Below, one piece after another: positions 13,262 through 26,330 of a stretch of 64,000 bases of DNA (position 1 is its first letter; each line of letters begins with the position of its first letter). The notes beneath the pieces are model-generated. The model was not told the DNA's origin and searched no databases. It saw only the letters and a list, made by a program, of their open reading frames with translations. Both the position numbers and the translations under genes were made by a program. This DNA comes from Plasmodiophora brassicae. Taxonomy: Eukaryota. The stretch is from contig CP145417.1 in NCBI GenBank assembly GCA_036867785.1, positions 248,001 to 312,000 on the forward strand, written 5' to 3'.

Positions 13262-13666
13262 TTGACCGGGTGACCCCCGCTGACTGAAACCTCCGGGATC
13301 TGCAAAGCTCCGACAGCTATTTTTGCGCTCTGACCAGTCGCGGACATTTCCAGACCGGAAGCCTTCTCGCGCGGGGCACGACGGTCCCTGTATGACGACG
13401 GTACTGATGGTGCCGGCTCGTGCTGGGCGGCGTGTGGCGACATGCGATTCCATGTTGAGCGAGATCGACGCATACCAGCTGTCACTGCTGCGCACCCGCA
13501 AGCGATCCCGGTCGATGGATCGATCTGGTGAATTCCCTGTTGGCGACGAACGGCGTTGCGTGCAGCGGCGACTTTCGAAGGACACGCACGATGTCAACAA
13601 CGATTCCGTGATCTGCTACCTGTGAAATACACTCGATCCAGCGTTATTTATCGAGCACGGGTACCC

Positions 13667-13963
13667 ATGGACAGTGACGACCTCAAGGGCGCCATTGACG
13701 ACGCCCGTCGCGAGGCCGACCTACTCGCCAAGGACCTCGCCGACCGTGAGCGGGCCCGCGAATCGCTCGAGCACGACCTGTCCCGCACCCTCCTTCAACG
13801 GGACCGCACCCTGCAGCAGGCCGCCGACGTCCGGCGCCAGTCGGTGGCGCTGCGCACGCGCCTGTCCTGCCTCGAGCAAGCGCTCGCCGACCTGCGCGCC
13901 GCCTCCGCGCGCATCTCCCGTCAACAACTGCACCACCTGGCTGCAATGTCGATCCCGAAATGA
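13667..13963 (+). CDS. Small coiled-coil hypothetical protein (98 aa)
   Basis: MDSDDLKGAIDDARREADLLAKDLADRERARESLEHDL...; heptad pattern and coding-like codon bias. Confidence 0.55.
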   Translation: MDSDDLKGAIDDARREADLLAKDLADRERARESLEHDLSRTLLQRDRTLQQAADVRRQSVALRTRLSCLEQALADLRAASARISRQQLHHLAAMSIPK

Positions 13964-14117
13964 CTGGCTGGCTGTAACAGCGCGGGAGGAGCGGCGGCTC
14001 GCTCCGATGTGCAGACGGGACGGCTGGGCGGCTGGGCACATTTCTGCTGCCACTGGACCCCGATGGAATAAATTCCCATTCGTATAATTGGGGCGACGTT
14101 GGCAGATAGACGGGGCA

Positions 14118-15388
14118 ATGCCAGCCAACGGCCCCGAGCGGTGGCGTGGAGCCTGGCGTCGTCGGGAGCAGCAGGGCGACGACGAAGCCGGCAGGGCGGA
14201 TAGGGCGGCCAGCGTACCGTCGGGATCCGTCGGCGGCGCCCAGGCGCGCGTGTCGCCGACGCTTAGCATCACGGCGGCAGAGTTCGTGCCGCTGGCATGG
14301 GCGGCGCCGATCGAGGTCAACCTGCGCGCCTTCGTCGCCCACCGCTTGGAGCCGACGGTATCCGATCAGTACGAGCTGAGGTCGACGTTCCAGGTGCTCC
14401 TGCGCGAGGTGCGCCGCGTGTTTCCCGAAGCCATTGTTGCTGTCTGCGGCAGCGTGTCGATGGGGTTGAACCTGAGGCTGCCGCATAGCGACCTGGATAT
14501 CACCGTTGAAATGAGTGGCGCGGTCGAGCCGCGCACAGGCCTGATCGTGCTGGCACAGGTCGTCAGGAGCGCGTTGTCGGCCGAGTACGACGTCCAGTTC
14601 ATTGACGCTAGTGTTCCAATCATCAAAGTACGTCCTGGGGATCGCTTCCCAATACATGCTTGCAGTGACCGATGGAACTAGGTGCAGCATGGGACGACGA
14701 CGATCGATGTCGGCCTGGATCAGCCAAACGTGTTTCAGGCCAGAGATTTCTTCCTTGCCGTGAGGACGATGTTTCCGACGCTACGCCCACTTGTCCTGTT
14801 TCTCAAGTACTTCCTTCTGAAACACGAGTGCCAACGGACGTGGCAGGGCGGCATTGGGTCGTTCCTGCTCAAGTTGATGGTGCTGTCGCATCTGCAGGTC
14901 AGCGGGACCCGGGGTCTGGTGCGATGTCACTCATGGCGGTTTACGCGTTTGCAGATGCACTGCAGGAAGTCGACGATGGCATTGGCTGGAACACACCTAC
15001 TGACGTTCTTCGAACTGTATGGCCGGGCGTTCCGATACGACCAGCATTGTATATCGGTTCGAGATGGCGGCATGTACCTGCCCAAGGTCTGTGGCGAGAA
15101 CCACCCGCAAACCAAGCCATGCTGACCTGCGTATGCGCACAGACGAAGCACTTCCCGGAATCTAACCGAGAGCATCTCTGTGTGGAAAACCCGTTCGATC
15201 CCAGCATTGACGTCGGGCAGAAAGCGTTCAACGTTCAACGCATTCGCCTTCTGTTTCTCCACGCGTACGGCATGCTACTGGAGCGCCCACACCGGCCACT
15301 GCTTGACCTCCTGCAGCCGATGCACCTCAGCGACAAGGCAGATCCTGCCCAGACCTCGGACAGCCACAGACCTTCGACAACAATATGA
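14118..15388 (+). CDS. Non-canonical poly(A) polymerase, Trf4/PAPD5-like; multi-exon
   Basis: GS..GL.L..SDLD nucleotidyltransferase motif; ASVPIIK; IDVG; GGIGSFLL; FFELYG; LCVENPFDPSIDVG (PAP-associated domain). Confidence 0.88.
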
Positions 15389-15520
15389 CAGCGCATATCG
15401 TTCTATCTTGTACTAGACTATCCTGAATGCATATAAATATACACATATAGTATAATGGGGGGTGGAGACAGGCCGCGACATGTATATGGAGACGTCGAAT
15501 GCAGGAAGGACGAGATCGGA

Positions 15521-16325
15521 CTAGTTGTCTCGCTGGGTATCAGATGTAAAGTCAACCCCTTCAGGGGCCGAACTGGAAAGGCCAACGTCACTGAAGTCGA
15601 TATCCGGATATTCGCGTTGCACGATCTCGCGGGGGTTCTCCGCCAGGATCCTACATGGTGACCATGGTGAATAACCGGCGCGTAGTGACCAGGCCCATTT
15701 GACGTACCGCTCATATTCCTTCGTGACGAACAGGTTCGTCTTCAGGTCCACGCGATCGATGAAGAGGACCCCGTCGAGATGGTCAATCTCATGCTGGACG
15801 GTCCGGGCGTCTTGACCCTTCATGTTGACGCTGCGTGCGACGCCGTCTTCATCGTAGTAGTCCACCGACACGCTGGCGTGGCGAGGCACGAGTCCAGTGA
15901 AATCTGGAATGCTCAGGCACTGCTCCCATTCGTTCACCATCTCCACGGAGCGATCCGTGATGACGGGATTGATCATCATAATCGGGGGCGGGAAATGGTC
16001 CAGGCTGTCACGCTCGGTGCCATCCTCCGTCAGGTCATTCTCGACGATATTCAGGTACAGCAGCATGCGCACGTTATGCCCGACTTGTGGAGCTGCGAGA
16101 CCGATCCCGTACTCTGTAGACGCGAGCACCTTCCGCATGCCCGCCATCAGCTCCTTCGTCTCCGGCTTCGTGATCGCACCGACGTCAACAGGCAGCGACG
16201 TTCGCCTCAGCACTGGATCGCCTCCGTTCAGCAACGAGCACCGCTCATGCGCGTACGCACCGACCTGAGTTGCCCAGGAACACAAGGTCGAAGGCCTTCT
16301 TCGCTGCTTGGGCGGCCTTCGCCAT
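15521..16325 (-). CDS. def: Peptide deformylase (organellar), multi-exon
   Basis: GIGLAAPQVG, EQCLSIP and QHEIDHLDG motifs; GDPVLR at N-terminus. Confidence 0.93.
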
Positions 16326-16489
16326 CACGCTGCGCTGTCCGGGAGCACCGTCTGCGCGGGAAGCGGCACCCGCAAGGACGCCGCGCCGTATTTGTCTCTG
16401 TTCCAACCTCCAATCCACCTCCAATCCACACTGTTTCAAGGAATAGGACCGATGTGTATTGCGCAGTCGGGTTGAGCAAACGGCTGTCA

Positions 16490-17696
<1,207 letters not shown>

Positions 17697-17839
17697 CGTC
17701 GCCGATGCCCTGCGGATAAAATCGACGCTGACGCGGCGTAACCGCTCATGAAGCCAAAACGCGCGAAGCAGGGTGCGCCTTTTTTGGACGCTCCGCGGCT
17801 GAGGGTGCGTTGTATTAGGCACGCAGAACAGGGTACGCG

Positions 17840-19001
17840 TCAAACAGAGCTGCTAGACATCGACCAATTCAATGTCTGCCCGGCACGGTATGGCACGACC
17901 TCCGTTGAGTCGAAGGGTATGGACTCGGGTACGACCCAGGGATTCCTGGCCAGCGTGACGCGCTCATCGTTCAGCGGTAAACCATAGAATCGAGCACCGA
18001 ACTCGGAGACGAACGCTTCGAGGCGGTCGAGTTTGCCGACCGAGTCGAATGCCTCGGCGTAGAGCTCGAGGGATGCGAATCCGACAAAGCATCCGGCGTG
18101 TGCACAGTGGGATTCTTTGGCAGAACGGGGATGTGGAGCGCTGTCGGTGCCCATAAAGAATTTCGGATTCCCGCTGGTGGCAGCGCAGAGCAGGGCTTGG
18201 CGGTCGACCTCGGTTTTGAGAATCGGCAGGCAGTACCAGTGAGGGCGCAAGCCGCCTTGAAACAGCGCATTCCGATTATCGAGCAGATGATGTGGGGTAA
18301 TGGTCGCCGCTACGTGGTCGCCACATGATTTAACGAACGCCACTGCAAAGGCCGTTGTTACATGCTCCAGCACAATCTTCAAGCGCGGAAAGTTCGTCAC
18401 AAGGTCCACGACGTGTCTTACGTCCTGAGTAAGGAACTACATAGCGAGTACTGGGCGGCACTGCAAACATACCTTTCGATAAAGACTCGTTCCCTGTCGA
18501 ATATGTCGACGTCGGGATCAGTCACTTCGGCATGGATAAGCAGGAGCAGGCCAGCATCCGCCATGGCGCTCAGCACCGGGAACAACCCGGGCAGGTTTCG
18601 CACGCCACGGCTCGAGTGTGTTGTCGCTCCAGCCGGGTACAGTTTACCTGGCATCGACAGCATCAGCGTGCATGGGAACTACCTAGTACAAGCGATGGCT
18701 TTGACGTACATGCGAACACGATGCCGGACGCAGCTGCTTCCCGGATCTGGTCGACCGTGGTCTCATCCGTTAGATAGAGAGTCATCAGCGGTTGGAAGCG
18801 CGCGCCCTGGACATGCGCCATGACCTCGTCCCGGTACCGCCGCGCATGGGCCAGCGTGGTCACCGGCTCCGGCGCCAGGTTCGGCATGACGATGGCCCGG
18901 GCACACTGCCGGACGGCATGCTTGACGGTCGTCGCCAGCGCCGCCCCTGATCGCAAATGCAAATGGAAGTCATCCGGGCGCCGGATAGACAGCTGCTGCA
19001 T
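17840..19001 (-). CDS. pyrC: Dihydroorotase, homodimeric class II (PyrC/URA4-type), 3 exons
   Basis: [44 protein letters not shown]. Confidence 0.96.
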
Positions 19002-19164
19002 GGCAGCGATTGTGCGCGACTGGGGCCAGTCGACGACCGGCGATGAACGAGGGCCCCCACCGGCGCAGTCGCTTCCTGCGCGACGGCATTCGATCAGTAC
19101 GGGCCACGGGGCCGTTGAACACAACGTCGCGTCTCGCTTATACTGTTATACTGTACAGTTCGGT

Positions 19165-20136
19165 TTATGTTCGATTCGTGCAATCGCGCAGCAAGTCAGT
19201 GGACAGGAGCCGCCTCCTAGGGATGTGGTAGCCATGCGCGAACGCGACGGCGCTTACAATTTTACGGGTGGAGACTTGCAGCTGAGCGACAGCGAGGTGG
19301 GTGCCGTCACGACACCCGATGATGATGCGATCGCGGCTCATGTCGTAGACAAACTCCCCAGGCGGCAACGCCCATTCATCCGTTGCCCTGCTAGGCGGGT
19401 CGACCTCGATCAGCAGCAATCTCTTGCGTTCACGCCAGGCTGCATGAACGTGGATGAAACCGTAGAAAGCACGCCAGTGCCGGTAGATATCGTCACTTGA
19501 CATCGTTTCGAAGTCGACGGCGGCGTGGTCGCTATGCAACTTGGTTGCACGTCGCAGCCCTTCAGCCGATCCTTGTTGGATAGCGCCCCTTTGGGCACGT
19601 TCGACGTCAGCGACAACGTTCACAAGAAGTTCGCTTCCGACGACAGCCAGCCGATCGCGCAGGGACCTGTACGTATCATTGCCGTCAACAGGGACCCGTC
19701 GGCTGGACAGGATCCGACCGGAATCCATGCGCGACGCTACTTCAATGACGCAGACGCCCGTTTCAGAGACACCATCAAGCAGGGCGGTCTGGATGGGCGA
19801 CGACCCTCGGTACATCGGGAGCAACGACGGATGGACATTCACCATCCCGTACCGAAACGAGCCGATGACCCGATCGGGAATCTTGTGCCCGAAACTGACG
19901 ACGACGCCGACGTCGACGTTCTTCGGCAGCGTATCCCAGCAGTGCGGCGCGCCCGTATACAGACGCAGCCCATTGGCGACGGCGAACGTCGGTGCTGGCA
20001 ACCGGCTCGTATTGGGCGCCACGACGCCCTGCACGCTACAGACGCCCATGATCGCGCGCAGGCTGACGCATGCGAAATCGTCGGACCCGAAGAACAGCAC
20101 ACTCGGGTTCCTGCTTCGGATCAGGCGCTGCGTCAT
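19165..20136 (-). CDS. fmt: Methionyl-tRNA formyltransferase (mitochondrial-type), intronless
   Basis: FFGSDDFA; VVVSFG; NVHPSLLPMYRGSSPI; MDSG; C-terminal LQ..RK..SA..F.HG. Confidence 0.92.
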   Translation of the reverse strand: MTQRLIRSRNPSVLFFGSDDFACVSLRAIMGVCSVQGVVAPNTSRLPAPTFAVANGLRLYTGAPHCWDTLPKNVDVGVVVSFGHKIPDRVIGSFRYGMVNVHPSLLPMYRGSSPIQTALLDGVSETGVCVIEVASRMDSGRILSSRRVPVDGNDTYRSLRDRLAVVGSELLVNVVADVERAQRGAIQQGSAEGLRRATKLHSDHAAVDFETMSSDDIYRHWRAFYGFIHVHAAWRERKRLLLIEVDPPSRATDEWALPPGEFVYDMSRDRIIIGCRDGTHLAVAQLQVSTRKIVSAVAFAHGYHIPRRRLLSTDLLRDCTNRT

Positions 20137-20420
20137 GGTTGCGCACGAGAGAGGACCCGGCGCCGGCGCACAATCCCGGGGCGACCCATCGCGCGGATCC
20201 CGCGAAACGGGCACGGCGGTGTGCAGAGTGCTGTCGGCCGCCGTGACGAAATATTGGCCGAATGGGGCAAATTTGTCGGGCACGCATCGAGACCACGGGT
20301 ATGACCGCCCGGGAAGGCCAGGCGACATCTCCCGCCGTCCTGTCTGTAACGCCGTAGTAGGCAGCTCGTCGTGCACCACATGATGTACCTAGCACATCAG
20401 TGCAGTGCACCACGCAGAAA

Positions 20421-21682
20421 ATGCGTCGCCAAGTCGTGGTGACTGGGCTGGGCGTGATCGCGCCACTGGGCGACTCGGTGCCCGCCGTCTGGTCGCGCCT
20501 GCTGTCCGGCGACTGCTCGACGTTGGCCGTGCTGGACAGTCTGGACCCGCGCCTGCCGTGCCGGATTGCGGGTCGGATCCCGGATGAACTGCTGATTGCC
20601 AACGGCGGCCGATGGCCGCGGTTCGTGGCGTTGGCTGTGCAGGCCGCCAGGGCGGCGTATGCCGACTCGGGGCTGGCGCCAGGCGGGCCGCGTACCGGGG
20701 TCAGCATCGGTGTCGGTATGGCCAGCCTGGACGCGCTGGCGACGAACTGGAAAGCGTTCGTCGAACGAGGGCCACGTCGCATGTCGCCGTATTTCGTCCC
20801 CGACCTGCTGGTCAACATGGCGACCGCCCACGTCAGCATGGACCTGGGCGTGCAAGGCCCTTCGCTATCGCCCAGCACGGCCTGTGCCAGCGGGGCGCAC
20901 GCGATCGGTGACGCAGCCCGTCTGATCGCCTGCGATAGCGCTGACGTGATGATCGCGGGCGGTGCCGAGGCCTGCATTCACGATCTGGCCATGGCCGGGT
21001 TTGCACAATGTCGTGCGCTGTCGACAGGGCGTCATCCACAAACGGCCTCCCGACCCTGGTCAGCGTCGAGATCAGGCTTTGTCATGGTACCGCAGCAGTG
21101 CTCGTCCCATCGATCGCCGACACTGAACGTGGGCCTCCCCAGGCGGAGGGTGCAGCCATGATGGTTCTAGAAGAAGAACAGCACGCCATTGGACGCGGCG
21201 CAGAGATCCTGGCTCGCGTTGCCGGTTACGGAATGTCGTCCGACGCGTACCACGTTGTGGCACCCAGTCCAGATGGGCGCGGCGCCCGAATTGCAATGGA
21301 GGGTGCGCTCCGGGACGCGCGGATGACGACGGACGAGATCGGGCTGGTCAACGCGCATGCCACATCGACGCAGCTGGGCGACCTGGCCGAGGCGCTCGCA
21401 ATCGAGAGCCTGTTCGGCGACCGCGTTCCAGTCGTCTCCCTGAAAGGGCAGACCGGGCACCTGCTCGGTGCAGCCGGCGCCTTGGAAGCCGTCGCCAGCG
21501 TCATGGCGCTTCGGACACGCTCCCTGCCGCCGAACGTCAACCTGGACGACCCGGACCCGGACATCGCCCAGCGGATACAGCTCCCGACGTCGGCCGCATC
21601 GTCCGTCGACATCCCTGCCGTGCTGTCCAATTCGTTCGGGTTCGGCGGCACGAATGTTTCATTATTATTCACGAGGTCATGA
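20421..21682 (+). CDS. fabF: 3-oxoacyl-ACP synthase (FabF/OXSM-like), 2 exons
   Basis: VVVTGLGVIAPLG; TACASG (catalytic Cys); GFVM|AEGA; NAHATST; KGQTGHLLGAAG; SNSFGFGGTN. Confidence 0.94.
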
Positions 21683-21925
21683 CGGTGGAACATTGCGGGA
21701 TGCGTTACCGCGCGTGGCACTGGCAGGGCCAGGGCCGACGGGCGACGGGCCAGTCCCACGGGCCACGGCCACGGGACAGTCCGAACGGGCAAAAACGGCA
21801 GCGCAATCTTCGGGCATCGTTTTTTTTTTGGGGATCGGCAGACCGGTTCGTTACGTCGTGAGGCACCGTCAATTTGGACGTCGCGCATCGAGTCGGGGCG
21901 TCGCGTGCGTGGCCTGGCCGGGTCG

Positions 21926-22962
21926 ATGAAGGCCGACCTGGACGTCTGGGTCGAGCAGTTGATGCGGTGCCAGTGCCTGGCCGAGGACGACCTGCGCGTC
22001 CTGTGCCTGCGCGTCAAGGCGCTGCTGATGGAGGAGTCGAACGTGCAGCCGGTGCGGAGCCCGGTGACCGTCTGCGGCGATATCCATGGGCAGTATTTCG
22101 ACCTGCTGGAGCTGTTCAGAAAGGGTGGCCCGGTCCCGTCGACACGTTACGTGTTCATGGGGGATTTCGTTGATCGAGGGCACCATAGTGTCGAGACGCT
22201 GCAGCTGCTGCTTGCCTTGAAAGCACGATACCCGGATTGCGTCACGTTGCTTCGTGGCAATCACGAATCCAGGCAGGTCACACAGGTCTATGGATTCTAC
22301 CAGGAATGCGTAAGGAAATACGGCAACGCCAACGCGTGGCGGTTCTGCACCGACGTCTTCGACTACTTCAGCCTTGCCGCGATCATCGATGGCCGTATGT
22401 CGCTTCGCAGCTGTCTTGATGGTATCGGTGTTCACCTCAAACGTCTGTCCGCTTGCAGGCGTCTTGTGCGTTCATGGTGGGCTGTCTCCTGATATAACCA
22501 GCATCGATGAGATGAGAATGCTGCAACGAGTTCAAGAGATTCCACACTCCGGAGCGTTCTGCGACCTGATGTGGTCCGACCCCGAGGACATCGACACGTG
22601 GCAGATTAGCCCGCGCGGCGCAGGCTGGCTGTTCGGGTCCGTCGTCACCAAACAGTTCAACGAGCACAATCGCCTCGACCTGATCTGTCGTGCCCATCAA
22701 CTGGTCCAGGAGGGCTTCAAGTACATGTTCCCCGACAAGAGCTTAATCACCGTATGGAGCGCGCCAAAGTCAGTTCCCGACACCTATGAATCGTGCAGCG
22801 CCGGCTCTTATTCCTATGCTCAGTTATTGCTACCGGTGTGGTAATGTGGCATCCATACTGGCGTTCGATGAGCACCTGGACCGGGAGATTATATTGTTCC
22901 GCGATACGCCAGAAAGCCGCGAATCTGCTATAGATCGTGGAATGGGAGCATATTTCTACTGA
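21926..22962 (+). CDS. PPP6C: Ser/Thr protein phosphatase catalytic subunit, PP6/Sit4-like, 3 exons
   Basis: [60 protein letters not shown]. Confidence 0.88.
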
Positions 22963-23136
22963 TCCAGGTTGTCCTTCAAGCACAAGTGCATACGTCCATA
23001 ATGTATCCATTATTCATCGCACAGCAGTATGGCTTACGCTTGTGGTTGGCTATTAACGGTTGCTTCGCCTGCGGGCGTCGACGATACACTTGGGCCATCT
23101 CGGCAACCGTATAGCGAACCAATGATGTATAACGGC

Positions 23137-25760
23137 TTATTTAGTCAACCCTATTCGCGCGACCTGGCCGCTGAAGTAACCGTTAAAGTTAACACGAAGG
23201 ACCAGCTGATCGGGCAAGACGTGAGAGAGACGCGTCGGAATGTGAACAGCCGTACGTACCTGGCTCAAATGCGGAGCAGAATACTGGCCCGTTTTGCTGG
23301 ACAGTACCGAGAACAGGAAGCATGATTCCCGCTGGAAATCGTTCCTGATACCCATCACTTGCCGCGCGACTTCATCGTCGAGCTTGGAGCCTGACTCGAT
23401 AAGCGCACAGAATCGTATGCAAACGGCGAACACATGCTCGAAGGCACGCATTATCACGCGCGCATGGAGAAAACATTGCTGAGCCAGAACGGCCAGATAC
23501 CTGCAGAGAGCGATCAGCCAATGGTTGCGGACGCAAGCGACGGCGCGTTTACCGGTCGTGGGCAAGTTTAATGGCTTCGAATGCCCGCGCTTTGTTGATC
23601 GCATCGACCAGGAGGGAGTACTGCGCCTCGATGACATCGACATGGAGATAGATTTGCAAGTTGTCTAAAAGAAACTGCATTTGCGCGCGAAGCAATGCAA
23701 TTGAGTGGGTCATGGAGCTAACCTCTAAGACAATTCTAAGGTGCGAACCAACAGACATACGGCATCGCAGCGGTACCAAGGCGAGATGTCGTCGACCACG
23801 CACGACGCAATTGCCAGTGGACTTTCTTGACGCGTAACAGGAAAGCAAACAGGTCGGCATAACGGTCAATCTCCTGGTCGCGTAGAATAAGATCAATACC
23901 AGGAGGGACCTGACAGACACACAAATCAGGAACGCCAAATGCCCAAACGTGATGTCAAAAATTGCATACGTTGTAGCTCAACGTAAGTCTTGACCAGGAA
24001 AGAGGCTCGTCAGTTGTCTCCCGAAACGAGAACGATCGTAAAATCACGGTTTCTGAGGAGCACGCAACGCCGATATAGGCGCGACGACCGACTACACGCA
24101 TAGCACGAAGCACAGCATCGGCATCAAGGTCGACGACGGTCTCCCCGTCAAAGCTCACTTGGAAGATCGCATTCGGTTTGCCCGAATGCGGTGCCCATGT
24201 GACAGAAGCGCAGTGCTCCCGTCCGTCAAGAAGGTGATGTTCAAATGAAGCGCGATGGATGATCGACGAGCAGGTGGCCGATGATAAACGAATCGAAAGT
24301 CCGGTATTGTCGATCTCGACAAACACTGCAGGGACAGTATACTTGTCGCCCAAAGCTTCAAGGCGATCATTCTGTAAAACGAAAGAGAGAGTTGCCGATG
24401 GCGAACATGCCATAAAGGCAAATGCAGCGCAGAACCCGTCGTCGATTGTCCATCGCGAGCGATGCCAGACGGCAGAATCCGACGGTACTCGAAATCCATC
24501 TCCTTCAGAGTCTGGATGAGCCGGCCCAGCACAAACGACGCTTGTAGTCGATTTCCTCAAGTTCTCGTCGAAACACGATGGCTTAAGGACGAGCCGAAAC
24601 CGCTGGAAAGACGGATTCTCCTCAAGGTCGAACTTGCTCGCGGCAGTCTGCAACGCAGTCTGGTTGATATCCAGTTCCCCACGTCTAGCCGAAACAGGTG
24701 GCGATCGCATCAGTTCGCCACTGTCGACGATAAACTCCTCGAACAGAGCCCCCTTGGCGAGGAAGAAGTATTCCTTCAAATCATGCAGATGATCCAGTAG
24801 ATTCTCCTTCTCAACAACATACTGCCAGAGCGCTTGTGCAGCCTATCACATCGATGACACGATCAGAACACCCATCAGCGCAAGACGCGAGACGACCCTG
24901 CATGCCTCTTGCCGCATGCCTTCAATAAGTGCATGGAAACTCGTCGGCTCAATGCCGATCCCGGACGCATTCACATCATTCAGCAGCGACACGTATCGTT
25001 GCGTCAGCTCGTCCACACGTTCGACACGCATGGCCTTGCCAATGAACAGAACAGCGTTGCAGACTTCAGCAGATAGATAGTCTTCTGATACCATTGACCG
25101 TCGCAGAACGAACGCTGAATTCCTATGCACACGGGTCCACGCTTACATACATCCCTCATTCGGACGACGTCATCTGCAGACGAACCATGATTGGACGCAG
25201 TCGCGGTTGTGCTGCACCCAGAATTCGTCAAACGGGTCACAGAGGACGCCGTAGCCAACCCAAGACACGGTCTGGTGGATGACCACCTTATCCAGGTACT
25301 CGTGCAGGATTCTGCCCATGGCCGCCTGCACGACCGGGACTCCGCTCTGGCTGCATGAGAACACGCGATCGACGATCTGGACGCCCCGGGACGACCTCGT
25401 CTGCATATCGTCAAGCAGCGACACCAGTGCAGGCAGTAGCAGCTCGTAGTCGTGCAATCGTACGCGTAGCGTTGTCAGAGGCGACAGGTCATCCAGTCCC
25501 TGCAGCTCATGGTACGACGCCTGCAGGATCTCTTCGTACGGCCGTACAACGGCATCCTGCAGGCCACGTCGCAGGGCATCGGCATACAGCGTCCGCGGGT
25601 CGTCATCGGCGACGAACGCGCGTACGCGCGCGAACAAGGTCGCCATGCTGATGAAGGGTGCGATGGCGGCCCGCTGGGCATTGGAGAGCGACGGCAGCAG
25701 CAGGCCCGACGTCAGCGACGTGCCGAACCCCGCTAGGCCGCACAGCACCTCCTCGAGCAT
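23137..25760 (-). CDS. TUBGCP4: Gamma-tubulin complex component 4 (GCP4-like), multi-exon
   Basis: N-terminal MLEEVLCGLAG; WVGYGVLCDPFDEF; YFFLAKGALF; MQFLLDNLQIYLHVDVIEAQY; APHLSQL.LRVNFNGYFS C-terminus. Confidence 0.87.
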
Positions 25761-26223
25761 GGCGAACCGATTTGGAACTGACTCCGGCGGGCCCGTTTTT
25801 GCGTCGCACAGCAGCCCGCAGCGCCGCACCAATGCACCCATGACGAGGACCGATTCGGCGAACCCGTTGGGTCGTTGCCGAGCACCTCCTGTCCAGTACG
25901 ATAAGTTCACGTCCGAGATGGGTCACACAGGCATGTCTGAAGCACCATACGGCGGGGAAACAATCGAGGGCATGCGCCGATTTCTTCCTGGGCCCCGGCC
26001 GACCCCGCTCTCGACGACCATTATACCGACAACAACAACAGCTCGTTGATTTTGACGCCCAGGCGCCTATGACGGCTTGCTGTCAGAGACGATGTCATCA
26101 CTCATCAGCAGGCCTCTTTATTTACGGATTTTGCACGGTATTCTCCGTACGGATCCGTACGGAGAGTTGCGGTCGGTCCGTAAATAAGCGACCCGGTCAT
26201 CAGTAGAGGCCCGAAGCACCGGT

Positions 26224-26237
26224 CTATAAATAGGTTT
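26224..26237 (+). promoter_or_regulatory. Putative TATA box of effector-like gene A
   Basis: CTATAAATAGGTTT about 100 bp upstream of ATG 26331; the same 14-mer lies at a similar distance upstream of paralogue C. Confidence 0.55.
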
Positions 26238-26330
26238 TCCCGGAGTTTCGGACGTGCGGAGTTTACGGGGCGACGTCTCTGAACACGTCTGCGGCCATTG
26301 TAGCCAACCTTCGAAATCTGGTGAACAGCG

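Noticed and set aside
15905-15935. EQCLS instead of EGCLS in peptide deformylase
   Set aside because: Metal-binding Cys and HExxH are intact; organellar PDFs vary in this motif.
17840-19001. E. coli-like dihydroorotase as recent horizontal transfer
   Set aside because: Stand-alone class II DHOases are normal in plants, fungi and many protists; the gene has introns.
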